A stretch of DNA of 64,000 nt from a virus (Duplodnaviria > Heunggongvirae > Uroviricota > Caudoviricetes). Both the position numbers and the translations under genes were made by a program. Numbering within the stretch: the stretch's first letter is position 1; each line of letters opens with the position of its first letter. Shown here one piece after another: positions 38,012 to 47,165 of this stretch. The notes beneath the pieces are model-generated. The model ran no database searches. It worked only from the letters and a program-made list of their open reading frames with translations, and had not been told where the DNA came from. The stretch lies in the IMG/VR virus record IMGVR_UViG_3300025364_000002, one strand, 5' to 3'.

Positions 38012-38487
38012 GTGTCTTTTACTCGCTTTCTTGATTTAGACGGAGGCTTCATAATCGAAAGTGAAGACAAAAAATCGCTAATATCAATCCAAACATTACC
38101 ACCACCAATAATGCAAAACTGATAATATTCTGGAAACTTATCGTGCCTTTCCAAAAACATCATCTTAGAGTTTTTTGGAACCGTGGTCAAGATCTGCTTA
38201 AAATAATGCCAGGTTTTATATGATCCACGCTTGCCAGGTTTTGTTGTCCGTGCAGCATTAATTTCGTCCAACGTTTTAACGAGCGTTCCTTGCTTCATGA
38301 GCATAAAACTATCTAGTTTTGGAAGTCGACCACCATTTTGGATGTACCGTAATGTGAAATCTTTGTTTTTATTAGCAAGTTTACGGCTATAGCCGGATTT
38401 TGAAAGGTTTATTGCCCTCGTGGTAATAGCTTTATTAAGCATTGTTTTTCTTTTTTTGTTAAACATATCAGCAAAGCGAGCAGTCAC
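38005..38487 (-). CDS. Hypothetical basic protein
   Basis: 160-aa ORF. Confidence 0.45.
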   Translation of the reverse strand: MTARFADMFNKKRKTMLNKAITTRAINLSKSGYSRKLANKNKDFTLRYIQNGGRLPKLDSFMLMKQGTLVKTLDEINAARTTKPGKRGSYKTWHYFKQILTTVPKNSKMMFLERHDKFPEYYQFCIIGGGNVWIDISDFLSSLSIMKPPSKSRKRVKDTC

Positions 38488-38797
38488 TCAAATGTTCTCT
38501 AAACATGTTTATAGCTTCGTCTACAGCTTTGTAAAGCTTATCATGAACACTTGTCTTAAATGAACAAGCAGGTTCATTACCAAGTTTTGACTTGGTCCAA
38601 ATGGTAATAGAAAACTTATCATTCGGCAATTTGTTCAATTGCCATCCAAAAGCCGAGTCTAATTCACCAAATTTATCAGAGAGATTCATTGAATTAATTA
38701 TTCTTCCTATTTTATCTTGATGTTTAATCAACATCAACAATCTTGCCTTGAATGAGTGCTTTATCCTGAAACACGTCATCGAAGAATGGAATAACAA
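38468..38797 (-). CDS. Hypothetical protein
   Basis: 109-aa ORF. Confidence 0.4.
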   Translation of the reverse strand: MLFHSSMTCFRIKHSFKARLLMLIKHQDKIGRIINSMNLSDKFGELDSAFGWQLNKLPNDKFSITIWTKSKLGNEPACSFKTSVHDKLYKAVDEAINMFREHLSDCSLC

Positions 38798-39299
38798 ACT
38801 TTCTTCCCTTGTAAAGGGTATAGAAATCTTCTACATCCTGTGCTAATGGCAAAATCACACGAGATTTTACAGTCATGTTGTCCCCATGTGTTTCTATCAA
38901 TTCGGCCATACTCCCTTCGGGAGTCTTTTCTACAAAAATAACTGAATCCTGTTCAAAAGCCGAACCCAATCTCATTATGTCATCCTTGGTAATATTTGGA
39001 ACGACAAATGGTCTTTCGACATTTCCATATCTACCACTAACCTGATAGAAACCATACCCAAGTTCTCTAAGCTCTTCTGCCAATTCACGATTTCTTTCTC
39101 GGTTTTGCTTTGGAGTTAGCTTTTGTGCCATTGGATTTTCAGCTGTAATGATTCCAATGGTGTCAATACTTGGCTCCATTCCAGCCAAACTACGCACTAG
39201 TCGAGCATAACCGCCTTCCTCAAGGTGTTCTTCATTGAGCATGCCGACAATTCGTCGGACTTCTTTTCGTATGATTTCTTTTAAAATTTTATCAATCAT
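38724..39299 (-). CDS. Hypothetical protein
   Basis: 191-aa ORF. Confidence 0.45.
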   Translation of the reverse strand: MIDKILKEIIRKEVRRIVGMLNEEHLEEGGYARLVRSLAGMEPSIDTIGIITAENPMAQKLTPKQNRERNRELAEELRELGYGFYQVSGRYGNVERPFVVPNITKDDIMRLGSAFEQDSVIFVEKTPEGSMAELIETHGDNMTVKSRVILPLAQDVEDFYTLYKGRKFVIPFFDDVFQDKALIQGKIVDVD

Positions 39300-39306
39300 G
39301 GTAATG

Positions 39307-39543
39307 CTAAATATTACTTGGACTAGGCAGCTTAACTAAAATTTTACCATTTACCATTGCTTGCGAATTGAAGTCTGCGCCCATAAGCCAGCCCCTAACG
39401 ATTCCGTTGGAAGAATGATGAACTTGCCTTAGGTATTCTTCCTTTATAGAAACAAGCACAAGATTCCAATCTTTCTTCCGGAAGCCGTTTGGAAAAAATA
39501 TAGAATCAATCATGTCTCTAAAAAGTAGGTTTATTTCATCCAT
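39307..39543 (-). CDS. Hypothetical protein; start placed at an internal Met because the full ORF (to 39840) would overlap the MTase by 167 nt
   Basis: ORF track; start uncertain. Confidence 0.3.
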   Translation of the reverse strand: MDEINLLFRDMIDSIFFPNGFRKKDWNLVLVSIKEEYLRQVHHSSNGIVRGWLMGADFNSQAMVNGKILVKLPSPSNI

Positions 39544-39673
39544 TGACTGAAGTTGATCATTTTCACTGGCAAATGTCGGCTTTTCATCAGTTGCCCAAAC
39601 AAAAATAATAGGATCAGAATTACCAAGGGCACTAATGCAAAACTTTTCTAGTTCTTGTTGACCTACTACGAGT

Positions 39674-40252
39674 TCAGACCTCAGCCTGGTCTCCCCACAC
39701 GTCCCAGCCTGTGACTTTTCCTCTTGCGAAAACTTCGATTCTGGGTCTTTTGCCATAAGCTTGTTCGATAAGCTTACGAAATATAGCAGGTTTTGAACTG
39801 TGTGATTTTTTACCACTAACCCTTGGAGCCAAAACAACATGTGGAAGTTTTTCGTCCAAAAGTTTAAAGGGCCGACCTTGCTTACTCGTAGTTGCTAACA
39901 ATAAGTATTCAGTTGTTGGCTTACTGTAAGTAGCACGAATACCCTGGCCATTAATGATACCATTGTCGCTCTTGCGAGTTTTTACCCAGACATGAGCAAC
40001 GCCCCTAAATTGCAAACCCCATGCTTCAATGGCTTCGATTGCAAAATGCAAACGTGGACTTGTTGCCCAGCAAAAAACAGCACCTGGTTTATTCAGGATA
40101 TTGCGAATAGGAAGCTTTTTGATATCATCCACAGACATCAAATTGTAGTGCTTGCCGGCAGCAGCATTTTTATTTGGATCACCGTAGTATGGCCACGGTG
40201 GATCAATATAGACTATGTCGTATTTCTTATTTGGCCACACAAGACTGGACAT
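39674..40252 (-). CDS. MT-A70 family N6-adenine DNA methyltransferase
   Basis: DIVYIDPPWPY catalytic motif near N-terminus, 192 aa. Confidence 0.75.
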   Translation of the reverse strand: MSSLVWPNKKYDIVYIDPPWPYYGDPNKNAAAGKHYNLMSVDDIKKLPIRNILNKPGAVFCWATSPRLHFAIEAIEAWGLQFRGVAHVWVKTRKSDNGIINGQGIRATYSKPTTEYLLLATTSKQGRPFKLLDEKLPHVVLAPRVSGKKSHSSKPAIFRKLIEQAYGKRPRIEVFARGKVTGWDVWGDQAEV

Positions 40253-40272
40253 TGTTACCTTACTTGTTTATT

Positions 40273-41520
40273 TCAGCCGGTCCTTTTAGTTAAATCAAAA
40301 TGCGTTTCAATGAAGTTGATAACCATTTCAGGATCAGCCGTTGAGCGGAAAAGAACGTTAGGACCATGTTTGTCTAACATGACAGCCCCAATCTTATCCG
40401 ACTCAAATAGTTTAATACCACTAGCAGTGTTTTGTCCACACTGATGCGAACCACACTCAAAGAACTTTTGAGAAACCTTAGGAATAACATTTTTAGTTTT
40501 CATTTCGCAATGAAAATGAACAACGCAATCAAATTGATCATATTGTCGAAGCAATTCAAATTGACTTCGTACACCCGCACTAGGCTTTCCACCAATCGAT
40601 TCGACAATTTCATTGTCAGAAAATGACACCATGGCAAGATCAAGCCCACCAGGTTCATTATAATTCTGTTTTCTTCTCGAAGAGAAGATACACTTTTCAT
40701 TAACCAAGAATCCAAAATGACCAACGGTTTTGCCATCGAAAGCTTGGTAAGCCCCTCGTTTTACACAATGTTCAACTACGGTCTTCAGCGTAGAAGGAGC
40801 TGTATGCCATGCAATGGGTACATCGGCCACAACTCTTGTTCTTGTAAATTCATTTGTTGAGCGAGCTAATGTAATATCGATTAATTCATTCAATGCTTCA
40901 AAACGATCAGTGGTTTTTCCGTAGGCAGCCATTTCTGGCGTAAGAATCATATTCATGCGAGTATGAACATCATTAGCGAGGACAAGATTGCAACTGTTTT
41001 GCTTTAACAGTTTCATACCTGCTTCAAACTGCTCCTCTTCGGTTGCGCCAGCTGTTGTTTTAAAGCCTACCAAAAAAATGTCCTTCCTCGTTTTGCGAAT
41101 ACGACCAATGATCTTATCCGCTGGTTTCATTGAAAGCATGTGTAAACCATTTGATGTCTTCAGCCTTGGTTGTTCTTTTCCAGACTCGGTTACTCCAACA
41201 TTATATTCATTTCCAGCGAGCACATTACCCTCAAAATCACAGAGTGCAGCACTCATGAAGAGGATTTTTGGTGCTGGATCATCCAGCAAATTGTCAATAA
41301 GCTTGGAAATGTCATCGTTTGTTTCAAGCGAATCCCCACCAGCCATTCTTGTTAGGTGGAGTTGAATTTTTCGATTTGAATCCTTAGATAGGATTAAATT
41401 CCTGAGGATTTTCGCTGTTTTGCCGTAGGCTGGAGCGCTTAGCGCTAAATGTGGCCTGATATGGAAAACAGTTCCTCCACCGATAATATGAATTTCTTTG
41501 GTAGCTTCTTTTGGCGACAT
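40273..41520 (-). CDS. Two-domain protein: N-terminal DFP/CoaB-like (phosphopantothenate-cysteine ligase fold) domain plus an unassigned C-terminal domain
   Basis: GGGTVFHIRPHLALSAPAYGKTA, MSAALCDF and FLVGFKTTAGATEEE...NLVLANDV parallel the CoaB segments (RFIxNxSSGKMG, AAAVADY, LVGFAAET...ANDV). Confidence 0.45.
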   Translation of the reverse strand: MSPKEATKEIHIIGGGTVFHIRPHLALSAPAYGKTAKILRNLILSKDSNRKIQLHLTRMAGGDSLETNDDISKLIDNLLDDPAPKILFMSAALCDFEGNVLAGNEYNVGVTESGKEQPRLKTSNGLHMLSMKPADKIIGRIRKTRKDIFLVGFKTTAGATEEEQFEAGMKLLKQNSCNLVLANDVHTRMNMILTPEMAAYGKTTDRFEALNELIDITLARSTNEFTRTRVVADVPIAWHTAPSTLKTVVEHCVKRGAYQAFDGKTVGHFGFLVNEKCIFSSRRKQNYNEPGGLDLAMVSFSDNEIVESIGGKPSAGVRSQFELLRQYDQFDCVVHFHCEMKTKNVIPKVSQKFFECGSHQCGQNTASGIKLFESDKIGAVMLDKHGPNVLFRSTADPEMVINFIETHFDLTKRTG

Positions 41521-41588
41521 GTTCCACCCCTCTAAGGGTTAGAGTGTTTACCACAAACCTACCAAGCCAGTGAAACTTTTTGAAGTGA

Positions 41589-42143
41589 TTATCTTGACCG
41601 GCGTCGTATTACTACTTGTTGGTCAACAATTGTTGATAACAAATGGGGAGTTGGATCTAACAGCTGTGGAGGTTTTGGGAATTGATAACTCCAAGTAACT
41701 CGCTTTCGTGTTCCAATGGAATATAGTTCTAGATGTAGCATGCAGGTATCTTTTCGTCGCTTTTTCTTATTAATTCGGATTACGTTGCCTACAATCTCCC
41801 CAGCTTTTACCTCTTGGCCAATTTTTAGACCATTTCTCTCCTTCACGTTACAATAAGCAACAACACCAGTTTTGCCTTCAATTAAAATAACCCTGGTTCT
41901 ATTGAGCCAGGGTTTGTTTTCTTTATGTTTGCTAAAATCTCTTATGCTTACAACAATTCCATCTTCTACTGCGGCGAGTGGTTGATTATGATCACAAAAT
42001 AAATCAACGCCAGTATGACGATTATATGGACGCTTCGCTCCGAAACCTGCTGGATGATATTTGCCGTTGGGCAATGCCCAAGTGCATCCGGGGAGCGGTG
42101 ATTTCCAATTTGATTGGGTATCAGTATTAATTGTTTTATTCAT
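41589..42143 (-). CDS. M23 family metallopeptidase, copy 2
   Basis: HTGVDLF...MLHLELY; paralogue of 10532..11077. Confidence 0.75.
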   Translation of the reverse strand: MNKTINTDTQSNWKSPLPGCTWALPNGKYHPAGFGAKRPYNRHTGVDLFCDHNQPLAAVEDGIVVSIRDFSKHKENKPWLNRTRVILIEGKTGVVAYCNVKERNGLKIGQEVKAGEIVGNVIRINKKKRRKDTCMLHLELYSIGTRKRVTWSYQFPKPPQLLDPTPHLLSTIVDQQVVIRRRSR

Positions 42144-42483
42144 GTCTAATCTCTTCTAAGTCCTGCTCAAAGAATATTAGTTTTCTTTTTCCTATTAGTA
42201 ATTCAACAGCTGGTTCATGTTCTCTTGATAGAAATGCAACTTGAACCTTTCTTAACTCCAGACCTATTAAGTCGGTAAAAATGTACTCAACCGGCAAAAA
42301 CTCTGTGTTGACCAAATATATTGTTTCATCTTCATCGAGTCCAAAAATGGACAATGTTTCAACTGGTTCTTTTCGCTGAGCGGCTAATATCGGATTGACA
42401 AAATCAGTTTTACTTATAGCCTCAAAAACTATAAGCAATGGATCACGGATGGAAAGTTTGCATCTGTAAAGTGCCATAGCCAT
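42136..42483 (-). CDS. Hypothetical protein
   Basis: 115-aa ORF. Confidence 0.4.
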   Translation of the reverse strand: MAMALYRCKLSIRDPLLIVFEAISKTDFVNPILAAQRKEPVETLSIFGLDEDETIYLVNTEFLPVEYIFTDLIGLELRKVQVAFLSREHEPAVELLIGKRKLIFFEQDLEEIRHE

Positions 42484-43246
42484 CTAAACGCTTTTTCATA
42501 ATTGCTACAGCATCTGGGTTTTCATCAACCAATGTTACGTTTCGTCCATGCATAGCCCCCGCCTCGCCAAGAGTGCCTGAACCCGCAAAGAAATCCAAAA
42601 GGTGTTCTCCAGGATTTGAGTGTACTTTTACTATGCGTTCGATTATAGCCATTGGTTTTTGAGTTGGGTAGCCTAGTCTTTCTTTACCGTTTGTTGGAAC
42701 GATAGTGTTCCACCAAACATCTGTCGGTGTTTTGCCTCGCTTAGCCTTCTCGGCACCAACAAGACCCGGAGCCATATATGGGATGCGATCTATCGCATCG
42801 TAGTTATAAGTATATTTTTTCAAGTCTTTTACATACCAAAGAATGTTATCATGTTTACAGGGCCACTTGGTTTTAGGTCTTCCGCCATAATCATACGCCC
42901 AAATTATTTCATTTTTGAACTTTTCTCTACCAAAAATTTTATCACAAAGCACTTTTACATAGTGAATTTCACGGTAATCCATATGAATAAAAAATGAACC
43001 ATCATCTGTAAGCAATCTTTTTGCTTCTTCAATTCTTGGCTTTATCCAATCTATAAAATCATCGAATTTATCTTTGTATGAACCATGATGACTTGATTGA
43101 ACCTTTTTTGTATTAAACGGAGGATCTATTACAATTAGATTAAATTTTTTATCAGGCAACGATCGCAATATTGGCAAATTGTCCCCTTGATAAATTTTAA
43201 TTGTTGGCATACAAAAAGTTTCCTTCTTTACTGTTTCTTTTGCCAT
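42443..43246 (-). CDS. DNA methyltransferase (N6-adenine/N4-cytosine class, DPPF motif)
   Basis: IVIDPPFN catalytic motif and C-terminal AdoMet-binding FFAGSGT. Confidence 0.8.
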   Translation of the reverse strand: MAKETVKKETFCMPTIKIYQGDNLPILRSLPDKKFNLIVIDPPFNTKKVQSSHHGSYKDKFDDFIDWIKPRIEEAKRLLTDDGSFFIHMDYREIHYVKVLCDKIFGREKFKNEIIWAYDYGGRPKTKWPCKHDNILWYVKDLKKYTYNYDAIDRIPYMAPGLVGAEKAKRGKTPTDVWWNTIVPTNGKERLGYPTQKPMAIIERIVKVHSNPGEHLLDFFAGSGTLGEAGAMHGRNVTLVDENPDAVAIMKKRLDGYGTLQMQTFHP

Positions 43247-43973
43247 TGATGATAGCTGAAATTACTGGCTGTGGAATTCCTAATACTTTTGCTGCTTCAT
43301 ATTGGCTTTCAAAAAATTCGGATGAACCATCGGAACGAATGTAAACTATTCGTCTTTTATTTCGTTTGGGGCTTTGTGCACGAGACATAGCTTTTTCAAC
43401 ATCTTCCATTTTATGAACAAAGGTCCAACCTTTAGCATATGTGGCACGACCTTTTAGAACATTTCTAATTGCTTTTTCGTTACAACCAAGAGCTTTTGCT
43501 GCTTTTTTTTGTGCGGCAAATTTTTTTATTTCTTTTGTTTTAACATTTATAGCTATCACTGCTTTACTGCCTGGTCTATTTGCAGCGATTTTTTTACAAG
43601 TTTCTAGGGGTAACTTCTTACCCAATTTCCTTTTACGCTGCTTTTCCTTTGTTTTTTTAGAAGTCTTTACTCCCTTTCGTCCACCTCGACCACCCTTATC
43701 AGAATTAATCATATTTAAGTTCGGCCAGAATTGTTGAATGTATTCAAATTCAGCTATGTAAGCCTCGTCTTCAGTTGAGAACTCTTTTATTAATTCTATT
43801 GATATACTATCTTTATATTTTTTAAGCCAATTCAACTTTCTTTTACGTTTTTTATCATAAAAATGTTGTTTTAACCGTTTTTCTAAAGTTTGGCCTGTAA
43901 CTCCGATATAAAATTTAGGACTTTTCGATGAAATGATTTTATAAAGCTTGTGCATATTAATATGTACGCACAT
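43197..43973 (-). mobile_element. GIY-YIG homing endonuclease with C-terminal NUMOD-like DNA-binding repeats (probable true start at 43955)
   Basis: KLYKIISSKSPKFYIGVTGQTLEKRLKQH (GIY-YIG core with catalytic R...H); repeated AAKxLG...(I)xNxLKG helix motifs at C-terminus. Confidence 0.75.
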
Positions 43974-43981
43974 AACCTAAA

Positions 43982-44107
43982 GTTATAAGGAGGATCAATA
44001 TAAATAAGAGAAAAAGTCTCTTTGGGTAACGTTTTAAGAAACAGGAGATTGTCTCCCTGAATAATGTTTATTTTTGTACTCATATCACAACAATGCAAGT
44101 AATACAA
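43982..44107 (-). pseudogene. N-terminal remnant (42 aa, through DPPYN) of a second DPPY-type DNA methyltransferase, truncated at the homing-endonuclease insertion
   Basis: INIIQGDNLLFLKTLPKETFSLIYIDPPYN aligns with IKIYQGDNLPILRSLPDKKFNLIVIDPPFN of the intact MTase downstream. Confidence 0.55.
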
Positions 44108-44546
44108 TAATCCAAAGAAAAGTTAGGTGTAAAATTTGATCTACAGCAATAAACAAAATTGCATGTACAGGCGACTCTTTGAACAACTTACCAAACATCT
44201 TTTTAGAAGACAAATACCGGTCTTCTCCTGGGCCTGAGTTCTTTGATAGTTCTGGAACTTTTCTTACGAACTTTGCCCACAAAAAAACCGGTATATAGGT
44301 ATCAATGATGAAATGAGAGAGAAAGAGGGTTAACAACGAAATGGGTAAGCCCCATCCACCAATACCTAACAAGAGTATAAATGGAACAAATGCAGCTGTG
44401 TAAATTATACAGTGTCTTCCACGGACAGAGAAGTCATGGTGTTTGTTGGTTGCTTCATCATGCGTTTGGAACAACCAATCAGCAAAAAAGTGAACAAAAG
44501 CAAGTAATGAAAAAACACCACCAGCTAATGCAAAAGTCTCTAACAT
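44085..44546 (-). CDS. Polytopic membrane protein
   Basis: Several hydrophobic helices in 153 aa. Confidence 0.45.
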   Translation of the reverse strand: MLETFALAGGVFSLLAFVHFFADWLFQTHDEATNKHHDFSVRGRHCIIYTAAFVPFILLLGIGGWGLPISLLTLFLSHFIIDTYIPVFLWAKFVRKVPELSKNSGPGEDRYLSSKKMFGKLFKESPVHAILFIAVDQILHLTFLWIIVLLALL

Positions 44547-44625
44547 ATTTTTATTCCTTTATTGGGAAAGCCACAAACTCATTTATACTTAAGAGGGAAC
44601 TACCTTAGAGAGAGGGTTTAATAAA

Positions 44626-45030
44626 ATGGCTATTAAGACTACAATCGGACCAAAAGGCGTTGTTTCCGAAAGAATTGCAGGTACCAGCGACGTACTCGTT
44701 GTTGATGTTGAGTCTCCACGTGAAAATGTAAGAACCATTACATCAGGCTCAGGTGTTATATCCGTAACTGGTGGAACTAACTTATTCATTGCTCCAGTTA
44801 CCCCTACCGCTTCTCTTCCTGGCGTTGGAAGTGAAGAGGTTGGAACTCGTGTTCTTCTTATGAAGGATGATAACACTGCTACAGTTCTTGTTTCAGGAAC
44901 CAACCCAATGAACGCTGCCGACACTTTAGTATTGAATGATGCATTTGCACACCTTGAACTACTTGCTGTTAAAGGTGACGACGATGGCTCATTTGTTTGG
45001 CATGTTCTTCACACCTCAGGCGTACTCTGA
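44626..45030 (+). CDS. Gly/Thr/Val-rich beta-type small protein on the opposite strand (possible structural or highly expressed moron-like gene)
   Basis: 134-aa ORF with SD (AGAGAGGG) 8 nt upstream and a strong terminator immediately after. Confidence 0.6.
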   Translation: MAIKTTIGPKGVVSERIAGTSDVLVVDVESPRENVRTITSGSGVISVTGGTNLFIAPVTPTASLPGVGSEEVGTRVLLMKDDNTATVLVSGTNPMNAADTLVLNDAFAHLELLAVKGDDDGSFVWHVLHTSGVL

Positions 45031-45050
45031 TTTAATCATATACCTCTCTT

Positions 45051-45080
45051 AGCCGCTCTTTCGAGAGCGGCTTTTGGTGC
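45051..45080 (+). terminator. Rho-independent terminator (agccgctct-ttcg-agagcggct + TTTTGG)
   Basis: 9-bp GC-rich stem and T-run read directly. Confidence 0.7.
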
Positions 45081-45144
45081 TTAAGCTTTTTTGTTTTGAT
45101 AATTCGCTTGAAACTTATCTTTTGTCTCTATTGGGCAATTTGGT

Positions 45145-45681
45145 TTAATGCCAAGTGGGTTTGGGGTGGAATGTTTTGCAAACCACACACCAACACCATC
45201 TGAAACCAAACGAAAAAAATTGCCTAGGCCCTGTCGTTTCTGCGGGTAACAATTCATGAGGCGTTCTATCTGTCATCCAATAGAGATAATTCGGTTTCAT
45301 TACTTCGTTTTTGGCATTGGGCTGGGAACAACTGCCCATATGATCTACATCATAGGTAATACAATCCCAAACACGGCAGCGACCGTCAGTTGACGCCATA
45401 TAAATTCCCTCGCTCGTGCCCCAACCACCACCCCAACCAGCTCGATTGGTTCCGTCTGTGTGAATTCCTGGCCTGCGAAGAGTTTTGTCTTTTCTTACCA
45501 TACCTTCATGAACTGTTAGGTAAACAATCGAACCCTCTTTTAGAGGGCATTTATCAATCATTGATTGATAATGACTAAGGAAAGATGGAACGGAGTTGGG
45601 ATCGCCAAAAATAATTGGCATCATGTTTACATGAATGTTATTACTTTTAGGAAAAGTTACACTTTCAATTTCTCTATACAT
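45145..45681 (-). CDS. Hypothetical protein, possibly a metal-dependent oxygenase-like fold (HTDG...H)
   Basis: RPGIHTDG motif; weak. Confidence 0.35.
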   Translation of the reverse strand: MYREIESVTFPKSNNIHVNMMPIIFGDPNSVPSFLSHYQSMIDKCPLKEGSIVYLTVHEGMVRKDKTLRRPGIHTDGTNRAGWGGGWGTSEGIYMASTDGRCRVWDCITYDVDHMGSCSQPNAKNEVMKPNYLYWMTDRTPHELLPAETTGPRQFFSFGFRWCWCVVCKTFHPKPTWH

Positions 45682-45883
45682 GCTTACCCAAAATTTTGGC
45701 GGTTAATGGGATTGATACCCACTTTGTGCCGGTCATCCTCCCCCGAGCGTATGTGGCACCATTCATCGGGATCTTAGGGACCTCCACGTCTGGAAAAAAT
45801 CAGCCGTACAATGAGCTACTAAAGCACTCTGATATTTTTCACGAACCGTAGTGTAACCGCCAAAGACTACTATATGCTAACAG

Positions 45884-46309
45884 CTAAGCAACATATACTA
45901 AACCATAATATTTGCCGACAGTTCTCTTGAACTTCCATTCGCCAAGCAAAACTCCATAAGTGCAGGCAGACTTTTGAAGAGCATGGAGAAAATCGGAATC
46001 ACGAATATAAAACAACTGTTTCGTTTCTGTATGTTCCAGAATTAACTGAGTGGTGGAATTGCAACTAATAAATCGTTCAACTTTGAAAGCGGCTTTGAAT
46101 GGAGAATTATCTTTCCAGGTGACATTTAGATTATTATATCTTTTTCTGTTGACATAGTCAAAGTAACTAACGACGGAAACGTTCTTACCGCACGTCCACG
46201 GGACTCCCTTTTGGGTCCATGGGATTTGATAATCTTCACTTTTTTTATTCATTTGTTTCGAGCTGCCCCCTAACCATCCTATCTTTTCGACCTTTATATT
46301 TTCGGTCAT
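45884..46309 (-). CDS. Paralogue family member A (family defined in this window: ...KPFKAxF...LLGEWxFKR...)
   Basis: Shares SPFKAAFKVERF...GVLLGEWKFKRTVGKYYGLVYVA with 49740..50144 and 50125..50535. Confidence 0.5.
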   Translation of the reverse strand: MTENIKVEKIGWLGGSSKQMNKKSEDYQIPWTQKGVPWTCGKNVSVVSYFDYVNRKRYNNLNVTWKDNSPFKAAFKVERFISCNSTTQLILEHTETKQLFYIRDSDFLHALQKSACTYGVLLGEWKFKRTVGKYYGLVYVA

Positions 46310-47165
46310 AGGATTCTAACTGACGCAAATCCAAATTTGCATCCTTGCTTTTCATTGTTCCACCGCTCAGAAACAATTCAATCATTCTATCCTTTGTAAG
46401 AATTTTGGTTGTTTTGTCATCTTTCGAGGGACCCCATCCAAGCCTTGCCAAGAAATTAAGCATTGCATCAGGATCATATCCACTGTCAATATACAATTGA
46501 AATGTTGAAGCTTGTTCTCTTTTTGAGAGTTTTTTTCCCTGATGACGCAAAAGTCCAACGTGACTATATTTTGGCAAAACGCCGCCAAGGAGGTCATACA
46601 ACAAAACCTGCTTTGCTGTATTTGTAATGTGGTCCACGCCTCGAATTATATGATTGATGTCCATTTCAATATCATCAACTACAGAAGCAAAATGATAAGT
46701 GGGACTACCGTCAGATTTGATCAATGTTAGATTATCAAACCCCCGAACATTGTCCGCCCGAATGGGAATGTTGCCAGCAATATCATCAACCCAATAACTT
46801 CTGGAAAGAAAATCACCAACAAGATTTAAATGAACTCGCTTACCATCTCGAACGGCTTTGCCACTGTCTACCAGAAACGACACGGCAGCATCATAATGCT
46901 CCATTCTTTTACTCTGGTAGTCTAAACCATCCCAATCAAGCCCAAGCCACTCAAGGCTTTTCAAAAATTGGTCAGCCCATCTCTGCTCTGACCTTTCAAG
47001 ATCGGTGTCATCAATCCTAACAAAAAACTTACCACCAGAAGCTCTGGCGGCAAGCCAATTGAAATAAGCAGTTCTCATTGTACCCAAATGAGTAGGGCCT
47101 GTAGGTGAAGGTGCGATTCTAGTAAAAAACTTCATATTGCGCCACTTTGTCCAAAAAATGTCCAA
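46245..47165 (-). CDS. Truncated class-I glutamyl-tRNA-synthetase catalytic core, glutamyl-Q tRNA(Asp) synthetase (YadB/GluQ)-like
   Basis: HIGH-region RIAPSPTGPTHLGTMRTA and KMSKS-like KLSKR; 306 aa with no anticodon-binding domain. Confidence 0.7.
   Translation of the reverse strand: MDIFWTKWRNMKFFTRIAPSPTGPTHLGTMRTAYFNWLAARASGGKFFVRIDDTDLERSEQRWADQFLKSLEWLGLDWDGLDYQSKRMEHYDAAVSFLVDSGKAVRDGKRVHLNLVGDFLSRSYWVDDIAGNIPIRADNVRGFDNLTLIKSDGSPTYHFASVVDDIEMDINHIIRGVDHITNTAKQVLLYDLLGGVLPKYSHVGLLRHQGKKLSKREQASTFQLYIDSGYDPDAMLNFLARLGWGPSKDDKTTKILTKDRMIELFLSGGTMKSKDANLDLRQLESYDRKYKGRKDRMVRGQLETNE

Noticed and set aside
39674-39840. 167-nt overlap of ORF 39307..39840 with the MT-A70 gene, considered as a possible programmed frameshift or fusion
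   Set aside because: More simply explained by an internal start codon for the downstream gene; no slippery heptamer seen at the junction
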